A stretch of DNA of 64,000 bases from the human T2T-CHM13v2.0 reference genome, Homo sapiens. Each line of letters begins with the position of its first letter. The stretch's first letter is position 1. Shown one piece after another: positions 39,866 to 51,100 of this stretch. The position numbers and the translations under genes are program-made. The stretch is from assembly GCF_009914755.1 (NCBI RefSeq), contig NC_060939.1; one strand, given 5' to 3'. The notes under the pieces are model-generated. The model was not told the origin of the DNA. It saw only the letters and a program-made list of their open reading frames with translations, and searched no databases.

Positions 39866-42585
39866 CCCTCTATTAGGATGTAAAGAAACCAAACCTGGAA
39901 TTTCAACCTTAACTTGAGTTACTTGACAAATTAACTTCTCCCTAGATGCTCTTCCTTAAACTAGGCTATGCCTCTGAAACCTCTCCTGATTGCAGCCAGA
40001 TTACACTGGCAGCTTGGTGATGGAGCTTGCAACAGCCAGCATTCTCTTTACATAAAGAAAGACAGGCACAATTTCTCCAGTGTTGGGCCTTCTAGCCCAG
40101 CAGCATTGGAGGAGTTTTACAATGCAATCTCCAGGCAGAGCTGGCTATCTAAGGGAGTGATTGCATTTCCTGTCATGAAGCTTTAGATCCCTGATTCATA
40201 GCGAGATGCCCAACGGCCACAGTGAGGCTCAAATAAAGCCCATAAAGTTCCAAATTGGGCAAAGGTTGATCAGGCAGGCTGGACTGATGTATGAGCAGAT
40301 CTGAGGATGATAAATATGTGCCCCCATCTTTCCACTGTCACCTTGGCAAATCTTCCAAAAAATAGACAATGCAAGAGGGGCAACTGCTTTGGGCTGCACT
40401 CCTATTTCTCAAACATTTGGCTCCAAATGGTCTGCATAGGTAATGATGTATAAGAAATGAAATGGTGACAAAAATACACCTATTTGCCCAGTGCCTGTGC
40501 AGTATTTATGGTCCAGACACACCATTTAGCGCCGTATTTGGAAAATGATGGATATTTTAGCAATACCAAGTGCTTTGCCTTGTTTTGCGGGACCTGGTGG
40601 CAGGTAGAAAGGGCACAGCCCTGCAATTTGGAGGGAAACAGTGGCTCCCCTCTTGGAGTAGCCAAAGGCAATAGCCTGCTGGGTTGTAGCCCTCACTTGT
40701 TCACCTTGTGACTTTGCATCTTTGTAATTCTGATTCCCTCTCACACCCTTTTCCTTCCATGGGGCATTCTTAGTGCAGTAACTGCAGAAAAACAAATCAG
40801 AGGAATGCAAGCTGTGAGATGTTAGCTGGGTGTAGTGAAGTTAAAGGAGTGCCGATTATAGTTAAGTTGTTGGGCAACAGGGAAACGGGAGAAAGGCCAT
40901 GGTCATTGTAAAGTCCGACCTCACTGGGTTGAAGCCCAGCTCGGTGACTATCCTGTCCTTGACCTATCACTTAACCTTTGAGTCTCTCCATCATCTGTAA
41001 CAGGAGGACACTTATGCAGACATGGCAGCTTTGCATGAGAATGAAATAAGACACTGCCGGTGAAGGATAATGCATCTAGCACTCTGGCTTCTCAGTTTCT
41101 CCACCTTCTAATCAGCACCAGTGTTTCATTACACAGAATCTCAGCTGCCTCTGCCTTGGATATGCCCTTGATTTGTTACCACCAGAGAGGGCACCTAATT
41201 AGAAATTTAATTGGGAACATCTCATTCTCCAGACATTCTTCCAACTCTTCTGGCTTGCTCAGGGCCCTGGCTGCCACGATTCTTCAACTGGTTCAGGATC
41301 TCCCATCCACATGGTCTCTATCCTGGATGAGAGAAACAAAGTGGACTTCTGCTTCCATGCTTGTCCTCCCACTCTCTTCCTTCATGAAACAGGTAGAACA
41401 ATGTTCTAAAAATGTAAATCAGATCACGTTCTTCCCTGCTTGAAGCCTTTTAATGTTTTCCTGATTGTTACCCAATCCACCAAACAACCAACCTATAAAT
41501 ACACGAGAGCACCTACTATGTGCCAGCTGCCATGGGTGACATCAGTGAACAAGACACATGCAAATTCCGCCCTCAGCCCCTCCTTGTACCATGATGGAAA
41601 ATCACCACCCCCTGTTTACATCATCCCTTTACCACATGGTCGAGTCTCTGCTGTCATCTCTGCCTGCCAATCCCTGTGTCTTTACACTCCAACAAAAACC
41701 TTTTGTTGCAAACCCACTGTGTGTAGGAACTATCTCATTAAATCTTTTAAAATAGAAATGATTTTTTCCCTTCTCAGATGATGGAAGTGAGCTTCAAGTT
41801 AAAGAACTTACCCAAGATCACACAGCTGATGTGTGATCACACCAGGAGTTGACCAGGAAGCCAGCACCTCGGCCTGCATGTTTCTTTCATGTTCTCCTGC
41901 CTGGGTAGCTCTAGAGTTATGGCTTAGCCCTATGTTTACCTATGAGGACAGCACTATTATACATAATAAATTCTGTTGTATAACACAGGGCATTAAGACC
42001 TTGAAGACATCCTGACACCTAACATAACTCCTTTGTAGAAAATCTTAGGCTATTTCCAAGGCAAAACTCACTTTCTAAGTTCTCCAATTTTCTTATCTCT
42101 TGCAAATACCCTTACTTTAGGCTTTTGGTTTTGTGGCCTCTTTCTTCTCACTCTCATGAACAATTTCTGGGTCCAAGAGACCTGTGACATAGGTGAGGTA
42201 TTATTATTTTCATTTAGATGAAGAAGACAAGTAGGCCAAGAGTTTACTTTACTTGCTCACACACAGAAGTAAAACAAGGATTTGAGCCTAGCACTTCTAC
42301 TCAAAATACTCTATTCCATTATTTCTTGTTGCCACCTCACTACTATTTCTGCCTATAAACTCCAGCAGGAAAGTCTAATAGGCTTCAACTTATGGGCTAA
42401 AACTAGCTGATTTTGGTAGTTTGAGCTCTGTGTTGAGAAGGACTCTGAGGATGCATTTAGACTCAAGTAGAGTGAGTGTCCTGGTTGATTAGGGATGTCT
42501 ACTAAACGTGGAGAGGGAAGTCTTGGGCCAAGCATTTGCCACTCCCAAATTTCTATATAATCTCTTAGGTGATATAATGTGGAAG

Positions 42586-42944
42586 TGTCTTAGCAGTTTT
42601 GCACTGCTATAACAGAATATCACAGACTGGGTAATCTATAACAAACAGAAATTTATTGCTTATCATTCTGGAGGCTGGAAAGTCCAAGATGAAGGGATCA
42701 GCATCTGGCAAGGATCTTCTTGCTGCATCAGAATATGGTGGAGGGCATCACGTGTTGGAAAGGCAAAGAGAGTGAGAGAGCAAGAGGAGGCTGAACTTGC
42801 CCTTTTATAATAGCACCAATCCCACCTGTGAAGGTGGAGCCCTCATGGCCTAATTACCTCTTAAAGGTCTCACCTCTTAATACTGTTACAATGACAATTA
42901 AATTTCAACATGAGTTATGGAGGAGACACGTTTAAACCACAGCA
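42586..42944 (-). mobile_element. MSTC/D-like MaLR solo LTR
   Basis: TGTCTTAG...CTGGAGGCTGGAAAGTCCAAGAT...TTTCAACATGAG...AAACCACAGCA; perfect TSD GGAAG. Confidence 0.9.
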
Positions 42945-43149
42945 GGAAGCATCTATCACTGACTTGGGTGGAGTAGGAAGCTCAGAAAGTGTTTATGAAA
43001 TATTTTTTAATCTCACAGGGCCGTTTCTAGGGGAAACATGCTGATTTCTTAAAAATGCTCACTTCTGTTCTTAAGTTAGATAGGGACTTAGGGCTGATTC
43101 TGGAAACAGACTAAATTGTGGGGAGTTAAGCATCATAGGCAACAGGGTG

Positions 43150-43385
43150 TAATGCAAATAATTGAGTCTTTGGGGCCAGCAGCCCTAGGTTTGAAATCTT
43201 CCTCTCATGTGGTAGCTGTGTGACCTTAGACACATTGCTCAAATGTTATAAACTCCAATTTCTCTATCTGTGAAGTGGAGATAGTAATGGTACTCATCAA
43301 ATAGGTTGTTGAGTGGATTTAAATAATGTATAGAAAAGTGAATAGCACAATTCCTGGCACATAGAAAATGTTCCATGGATGCTGA
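43150..43385 (+). mobile_element. MIR
   Basis: TAGCTGTGTGACCTTAGAC...TCTGTGAAGTGGAGATAGTAAT...CCTGGCACATAG. Confidence 0.8.
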
Positions 43386-44679
43386 CAATTAATAGTATGA
43401 CACAGGAAATTCATAGCACAGATCCTGGCACATAGGAGGCACTCAGAAATTTTTTGTTTCCCCTTTCTTCCTGCTGCAAGAAATGAGGCATGCATGAGGA
43501 AGGGGAAACTTCTGTCATCTGGCCTTGACCTTCCATCTGCAAAGCAGAGTCTGCTTAACTTAATGCTCAGGACTTGGAGGTACCACAGAGATGTGGGTAA
43601 AGCCTGCAGTTGCCCAGATGACAAGGGCAAATCAGGACCTGCTTCTTCCGGTATAAAGGTTCTTACAGATGGCCCTGCCAGAAGGGACAGCGAGATGCTG
43701 CACCCTGGCCCCTGGGGTTACTTGGGACAGTTGCAGAAAAACCTCTGGCACACACTGCTGGGCCCCTCTGCTGTTCCCAAGCACCTTTTGGTCCTGCCTG
43801 GTGTTCTTACCTTTTGATTCTCCAGGTCAGATTGCGGCTGATTCAGGACTGTGCTTTGCGCAACAGAGTTGGCAAAATGGAAGGTCTTGGTGAGGAGAGA
43901 GGGCATCAAGAAAGGTGGCTAATTTGCTGGACAAAGAGTCTTTCAGGAAGTGTCTGTGGAATTTGAAGACTTTTTTTTAATCCACACGTGTACATGGATG
44001 AATTTGAAGACTTTTAACAACTGATGAGTTAAAAAGATAACTAAAAGCCTGGTTAGCATTGTTTTGCTCACTGCCCAATTGAAGAAGCTCATAATTGTTT
44101 TGTTTCCCATGATTGTTCTAGATTTTTTATTTTGTGGGCTCTTATTTGGAACTAAAGTTAAGTTTTGAGAAGCACAGGGCTTGGTCATGAAAAGCACAGG
44201 ACTATCTACCCATTCAGACCTGGGTTAAAAATCATGATACTGTCACTGTCTTGACATTTGACCTCAGGCCAAATAATTAATCCTTCTCTCTTCTGACCTG
44301 TAAACTGGGATAATGATACTTCCATTATAGCTTAGCTGTCAGAAGAAAACTTAGAGAGTGAATGGGAAGCACATATTCCCAGGCACAATCCAGAGTGGGT
44401 GATGGGTGCTGCCTTCACATCTGCTTGACCCAAGCAGATTTTCTGGGCAGAGAAGGAAGAGCCTTTGTTTAGGACTTGGAAGACATGGTTCTCCTTCAGG
44501 CTGAATGAGCTCAGTAGTGACTAACTTTCCAAAGCCCTGTTTCCTATGGAGATAATAAAACCACTTTTCCTACTTTACTGAGTTGTGAAAATCAACAGCA
44601 TAATGGATGAAAAAGGTGCATGGCTAATTGTAAAGCATTTTCCAAGTGGAAGGTGATTTTTTTTGTGTGTGTGTGTGGC

Positions 44680-45050
44680 AGGTTTATTAAGGAATAAATC
44701 ACATGCAATAAAATTCACTATTTTAAAGTGTACAGTTAGATAAGTTTTGACAAATGCCTGCAGTGGTGTAACCATAACTGTGGTCCAGACACAGAACAGT
44801 TTCATCACTCCAAAAAATTTCCTCATGCCCCTTTGTGGAAAATTTTCTTGCCCAACATCCAAACCCTGGCAACTACTGACTGCCTTTCTGTCCCAATAGT
44901 TTTGACTTTTGCAGAATGTTGTATAAATTGAGTCCCCAAGTACATAGTTTTGGTGTAGCTTTTTTGATTTAGCAGGATGCTTTTGAGATTCATCCACATG
45001 TTTGTGTGTAAGAGCGGTTTGTTCCTTTTTATTGAGAAGGATCCTACTGT
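44680..45050 (-). mobile_element. L1MB-L1ME-type 3' end
   Basis: ATAAAATTCACTATTTTAAAGTGTACAGTT...CCCTGGCAACTACTGA...TTTTGAGATTCATCCA. Confidence 0.85.
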
Positions 45051-45054
45051 AAGG

Positions 45055-46140
45055 TGCTATGGGTTAAATTATGTCCTCCCAAAACACATGCAGAAGAACT
45101 AATGCCCAATGTGATGGGTTTTGGAGATGAGGATTTTGGCAGATAATTAGGTTTAGATGAGGTCATGAGAATGAAGCTTTCATGATGGGACTATTGTCCT
45201 TATAAGGAAAGACAGCAGAGTGCTCTACCCTGCTCTACCCCGCTCTCCTGCCTTCTCTCTACCCCGCTCTCCTGCCTTCTCCCTACCCCCTTCTCCTGCC
45301 TTCTGTCTACCCCCCTCTCCTGCCTTCTCTCTACCCCTCTCTCCTGCCTTCTCTCTACCCCTCTCTCCTGCCTTCTCTCTACCCCTCTCTCCTGCCTTCT
45401 CTCTACCCCTCTCTCCTGCCTTCTCTCTACCCCCCTCTCCTGCCTTCTCTCTTCCCCCCTCTCCTGCCTTCTGTCTACCCCCATCTCCTGCCTTCTCTCT
45501 ACCCCCCTCTCCTGCCTTCTCTCTACCCCCTCTCCTCCCTTCTCTCTACCCCCCTCCTCCCTTCTCTCTACCCCCCTCCTCCCTTCTCTCTACCCCATCC
45601 TCCCTTCTCTCTACCCCCCTTCTCTCTACCCCCTTCTCCTTCCTTCTCTCTACCCCCCTCTCCTCCCTTCTCTCTACCTCCCTCTCCTCCCTTCTCTCTA
45701 CCCCCCTCTCCTCCCTTCTCTCTACCCCCATCTCCTCCCTTCTCTCTACCCCCCTCCTCCCTTCTCTCTACCCCCCCTTCTCTCTACCCCCCTCCTCCCT
45801 TCTCTCTACCCTCCTCTCTTCCCTTCTCTCTACCCCCCTCTCCTCCCTTCTCTCTACCCCCCTCTCCTCCCTTCTCTCTACCCCCCTCTCCTCCCTTCTC
45901 TCTACCCCCCTCTCCTCCCTTCTCTCTACCCCCCTCTCCTTCACCCTCTGTTGTGTGAGGACAAAGAAGGCAGCCATTTGTAAGCCAGGAAGAAGTTCCT
46001 CACCAGAACCAGAACCGAACCATGCTGGCCCCCTGGTCTTGGCCTTCCTAGCCTTCAGAACTGTAAGAAAATAAATGTCTGTTGTTTAAGACCCCCAAGT
46101 CTATGATATTTTGTTACAGCAGCCCAAGTTGACTATGACG
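45055..46140 (+). mobile_element. MLT1A-type LTR split by a minisatellite
   Basis: TGCTATGGGTTAAAT...TTAGGTTTAGATGAGGTCATGAG [VNTR] GTGAGGACA...CAGAACTGTAAGAAAATAAATGTCTGTTGTTTAAG...GACTATGAC. Confidence 0.9.
45223..45941. repeat. 24-bp pyrimidine-rich minisatellite (~30 units, two sub-domains)
   Basis: Unit CTCTACCCC(C/T/G)CTCTCCTGCCTTCT to ~45530, then CTCTACCCCCCTCTCCTCCCTTCT variants. Confidence 0.98.
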
Positions 46141-46296
46141 TATTGATAGAAGTTTTTAAAAGTTACTTTGGTGCATTTTGAGAAAAATTTCATTTCCCAT
46201 ATTTATTCCTTTAGCACCTACAACATATTTTGCTATAAATTTGCTCTTCACAAGATAACCACAACATTTAAAAATATGAATTCAGAGCTTTGTAAT

Positions 46297-46784
46297 TGTA
46301 AGGCATGAAATTTCAGGTGCTGCCTTGACATCTTTGAGTCTCAGAGGGCCCCAAAGACCTCACCTGAGTTTCTCTGCTCTCAACAAACATACCCCACAGG
46401 AAAGGAAAAGTTCCCCATCCAGATAATTCCCTTCTCAGCTGTACCCCACCTGCTCCTCAGCCTAGTGGTTTCACCTCCCTGCTAGCCCAAGGAGTTGCTC
46501 AGACAAAACAACCACATCTTCCTGTGGGAATCAATGGTCCCCTCACCCTCACTACTAGGCCTGCCTCCCACAGACCCTGCGTGTTCACTCTGTTCCTGAG
46601 CACAAACCTGTGTGGCCCTGCCCCGTGCAGTGTCCACCTTTCCCAGGCTGTGAGTCTGTGTGCTGATTAAATTGCTGCCAGTCTCATGGATCCAGTGTCA
46701 GGTGCTGTGTGTTTGGCTACCTCATACTGTTTTAGGGTGGGGGATTTCTCCTTCACAAACAAGGTGGATAGGAAGTGATCAGAA
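46297..46784 (+). mobile_element. ERVL-type solo LTR (MER54/73/74/88 group)
   Basis: TGTAAGGCATGAAATTTCAGGTGCTGCCTTGACATC...ATTAAATTGCTG...CCAGTGTCAGGTGCTGTGTGTTTGGC; family recalled, not verified. Confidence 0.55.
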
Positions 46785-47324
46785 GAGGGCCTCAGCAGAT
46801 TTTGTGGTTTGATATTAGGATTTTAAGGTGATTTACTGTTCTCACTGGTCACCTTCCTTCTACATTTTGGTGTTATGTTGTGCATAACCCCACTTGCAGA
46901 TAATATTAAAAGGCTGAATTTGTGGCCTTCTTGAACATGGGAACCATACAAATGAACCTTAAGAGGAGTGGTTTTTAACCATTTTGTATTCTCCTGTCCT
47001 TTCCAGAGAGCCACAAAACCCCTAGAACAGACTTACCAGAGATTGGGATGGTATCTCCTGAGGATAAGGGAGAAAGTCCTTTATGGTGGAAGGAATGTCA
47101 TTGGTGGAGAGAAATTAGTCCATTCTCTGCTCAGTACCTGGATATGATTCTGGACTGGCTTTAGTGTTTCCAGTCCAGTGTTCTGCTTACAGCGAGTCGT
47201 GGTCCTTGTGATTCCAGAGAGTGTATCCCATGAACAAGGGCTGCGCAGGGCTCGGAGAAGTAAAGAGGATTGTCTATTCTCATCACCTGCACTAAGTTCT
47301 TCTCTCCCCAACCCCTCAAATAGG

Positions 47325-47325
47325 A

Positions 47326-47361
<36 letters not shown>

Positions 47362-47728
47362 TGTGTAGAGAGAGAGACTTTTAAGGGATTTGCTCAGGCA
47401 ATTATGGAGAGTAGCAACTCCAAAATGGGCAGGGCAGGCCATCAAGAGCCAAGGAAAGAGCTGTTGTTGCAGTTTAATTCCTAAGGTTGTCTGTTGGCAG
47501 AATTCCTTCTTACCTGGGGGAGGTCAGTCTTTGCTTTATTCAGTTCTTCAACTGCTTGAATGAGGCCCACCCATATGAAGGGGGGCAATTGCTTTACTCA
47601 AGTCCACCAATTTAAATGTTAATTTTATCCAAAAAATAAGCAACCTCACAGAAACATCCAGAATAATATTTGACCAAATACCTGGGCACCGTGGGCCAGC
47701 CAACTTGACACAAAAAATTAACCATCAT
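47325..47728 (-). mobile_element. MLT2 (ERVL) LTR containing (TG)n(AG)n
   Basis: GGCAGAATTCCTTCTT...GAGGCCCACCCA...GAAACATCCAGAATAATATTTGACCAAATA...AAATTAACCATCA. Confidence 0.9.
47328..47377. repeat. (GT)n(AG)n microsatellite
   Basis: About 15 uninterrupted GT units, then a short interruption and (AG)n. Confidence 0.95.
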
Positions 47729-47779
47729 GGTCCCCATACTGTACTGCTAGGCATGGCTGGAGAGTGTGACACCTCATGG

Positions 47780-48195
47780 CTGCCCTCACCTTTGCTTCCT
47801 CTGCTACAGCCACACTGGCCTTGTTTCCAGTCTGGGAACACAACACTCAAACCCACTCCCAGCTCAGACTTTCTCATGCTGTCCCCTCTTCCTGGAAGGC
47901 TCATTCATCAATTCTTCAAACAAGTGGCTCCTTCTCATACTATAAGTTTCAACTTCATTGTTATCTCTGCACCTGAAGTAGGTCCTACTTCATGTGCTCC
48001 TCCTTTTGGCCCCCTAGAAGATTTTTGTTTTAGCACCACGTTTTGTAATTATACACCTTCTTTTTTTTTTGCGGGGGGTGTCCAATCCTCCCCTATAATG
48101 TGTGACAGCAGGGCTCTGCCCTTTTTGTGTCCCTAGTATCCAGCACAGCGCCTGGCACAAAGTGGGTGCTCATTAAACATGTGTAAATGGAGTTA
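47780..48195. mobile_element. L2 3' fragment
   Basis: CAGCCACACTGGCCTT...TGCTGTCCCCTCTTCCTGGAA...AGCACAGCGCCTGGCACAAAGTGGGTGCTCATTAAACATGTGT. Confidence 0.7.
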
Positions 48196-51100
48196 GCGAT
48201 CATCATATAACACGTCCTTAAGGAGCTTGCAATCTAGTCCAGTAACGACAGTGGGAGGATTTGGTGGGAAGTGTATTTTTCTCCAGGCTCTGTCCTGGTG
48301 GGCTGTGTGACCTGAGACAAACTACTTCCTCTTTCTGGGCCTCAGCCTCCATGTGAATGGCAGGCCTTTGAACAACAGCCATCCTACAGAGCTGAGCAAA
48401 TCACAAGGGTGGGGGGGAATGAGCTGTCAAGCTGGGGCAGAGCCCAAACTTTTACCTGTCATTGACCTCCTTGGAATAATAGCATCTGAGGATTGTCACA
48501 CTGACTGCACTGGAGCTGCAATGTTCTTAGAACATCACATTGAGGAGACCTGTGCATCCCCCCCATACCGTCATCTGTTTTCCTCATCATGTGCACAGAG
48601 AACCCTTTCTTGATATTGTTGAAAATTACCAAGACAATCTTTGTGATCTCCTGGGACTGGCACAAACATTAGTGATCATCTGTCCAGTGGTAATTGGTAA
48701 AAAACCTTCCCAGGATTCTGGGCATTAAATCCAAATGGGCCAAGCTGCTCATATTTGTAAAAACTCTCCTCTTCAATCATCACTAATAACAGGGCACATA
48801 AAACGGATGGAAAGTTTTAGTGACAAGAGACAGGAAAAGCCAGAAGGATGCCAAATAATCCCGTTGCCTAGAGAGATGGAAGGATAATCTTCAGAAGTCT
48901 TTAAGGGAGGGAATTAGGCATCAGGGAGAAAGATACTTTGAGTGCTAAAGCAAATGATTTTAATTGAACCCTTAACTTCAGATATTTCTACTAGAGCTTA
49001 TGCTAAAGCATGACGTAAAGCACATTTAAAAAAGTTACATAAGAGATAAGCTTCCTTCCAGTTTTTTTGGGGGGTGCCATACAGAATGAATGGGGTCAGG
49101 GAGAGAAGGGATTGCAAAGGGTAGAAGAAGGATGTGTATTTGCTGAAAAACAATGGGATCAAATAGCCACAAAAACTTTTCCCTGACAACCCCAACCTAA
49201 GGCTAAATGTGGGGGTCACACCTATGCTATAAAACAGGGTTCCTCTGGATTGCCTTCCTCTGCTCACTGGGGAATTCAGCCCTCTTTAGACTCCTTTCAA
49301 ATGGTCAAAAGAGTCCTGGGGTGTCCACATTTACCCTGGAAATTTATTTGCTTGATAACCTGAGAGGCCTAGCATTCTCTTCTTCTCTTGCTGATGCACT
49401 TTGTCACTATTCACACCAAAAGAGACCCGTCTGCTGCTGCTTTTCACAGAAATATAAATGAAACCATTCCATCTGCTTTATATAATCCTTTATTGCAGGC
49501 CTTGTGTTCGATGACCCAGGCCTCAAGGGGGCTGGGCCATGGGACCTTTCAAGTGGCCGACACAGGAACATTTTGAATCATTTCTGTCTTCGCCCTTGAC
49601 ACGGTCTGTGTGCCTGCTTGCTGTCCCTTCCCACAGTGAGTTCCTCCTAGGGGGCTCCCCACCCCTCAGGTACATCTGGAGATGCCTCTTCCACTGGCTC
49701 CACAGACCTTCCAAGTCCTATTTCAAGCTCAAGGTTAGCTTCAGTTCAAGCTGAGCCCCTCTCATGGCACAATTTGTTTTTCCATTTCATCCTTTCTAAG
49801 GGTGCTTAAAAGCTTTATTGAGCAATAAGCAACAACACAGGTATGGAGTGGGCAGAAGCAGCTGTTGTTACCTTTGCCAGAGCTTATGTGCTTGTGGGCT
49901 GACTTTAGAGCTGATCTGAGGGGCCAACTACCGCCAGGATCTGGGACAGCATTTCCTGCTTTCTCTTCACTGATGTTCAAGTGCTGGCTTGGAAAGACCC
50001 CAAAGAGGAGGAAGGAAATTGGAAGAAGGAAGTAAGAGTGTTTATGTAACATTTAAAAGACTCCCAGGCTCTGGAAGGCCAGTCCTTCCTTTCTGGATGC
50101 TCACTTTGGAGTAGCACCACATCTCAATTCTGTTGGCCCTTTAGGCCAGGCACGCATGGACCTGGGCAAGTGGTGACAGGGCCTTTCTTGTTTCAGGGGT
50201 GTCACTGAGCTAAGTGACTAGACCACTGAAAAAAAGGAATATATTTTCCCCTTTGTACAAACAATGCTAGAAACTCTCCAGATATTTAGCGTTCCTCCAC
50301 TGCTTGCATAATATGTGACGGCTTCCCAACCTGGCTCCCAATTCTACAGTATTTGGCTCATCTCACCTCTCGGGTTTTCCTTTTCACACTCTCTCACTCT
50401 GCACACATGGTACCCAGAAAAGTGTACTGTGCCTCCCCACCTCTGTTCCGTTTATAATTATTCTCTTGTGCTTCCTTCATAGAATAACTGTCTCCTTCCC
50501 ATCCCATCTGTCAAAATCCTACTCCTCCAGCGAGTGCCCCAGCCTAAGATCTTCCACCATCAAAGCCCACCTCCAACCAGCCAGAAGGAGCCCCTCAGGT
50601 GTCTGTGTATCCTGCCTCCGCCCCCCTCCCACCCCCACTGGCCCCAGCACTCTGGTCCTCTCATCATGGAACTTGTTTCCATAGGTCATGGTTATTAGTA
50701 AATATGTCTTGTCTTACTTTCTACTTGTAAAGTCCTTGAAAATAGCTATTCATCTTATGTATATTTTTTTCCCAGAGTATCTGGCACATTGTTCTGCTTA
50801 CGGTAGGTGCTTGAAATGTATCTATTTAGTTGAATCGTTTTGCCCCAGCTGTGAAAACTCACTGCATAATGAATCAGGAGGCCTGGACCATGCAGTGCAT
50901 CTGAATTTGCATTGTCCTAAGGCATGGCCAAATTAGGGTGGCAACTCAGATTTCTAGGGGCAATTCATACACAAAATGAGTCTAGTTTGTTACAGTCACT
51001 TGGAGTTAGTCTTTGATCTAATCCTTAAACGTTTTTTTGGTATATATCAGAGAAACAGAGTAGAGAAGTGAAAAAAAAAACTTCAAGATGTGTTTCAATT

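Noticed and set aside
41394-41408. GRE/ARE-like palindrome AGAACA-A-TGTTCT
   Set aside because: The spacer is 1 nt rather than the 3 nt steroid receptors require, and it lies in L2-like sequence.
45223-45941. CRISPR-like periodic array
   Set aside because: Head-to-tail tandem units with no unique spacers, no cas genes, and human DNA.
45200-46074. 284-aa Pro/Ser/Leu ORF and antisense ERRQERGV-repeat ORFs
   Set aside because: Translations of the 24-bp minisatellite inside an LTR; no gene context.
50905-50915. OCT-SOX composite (ATTTGCATTGT)
   Set aside because: The motifs overlap and are not in the canonical CATTGT-N-ATGCAAAT arrangement.
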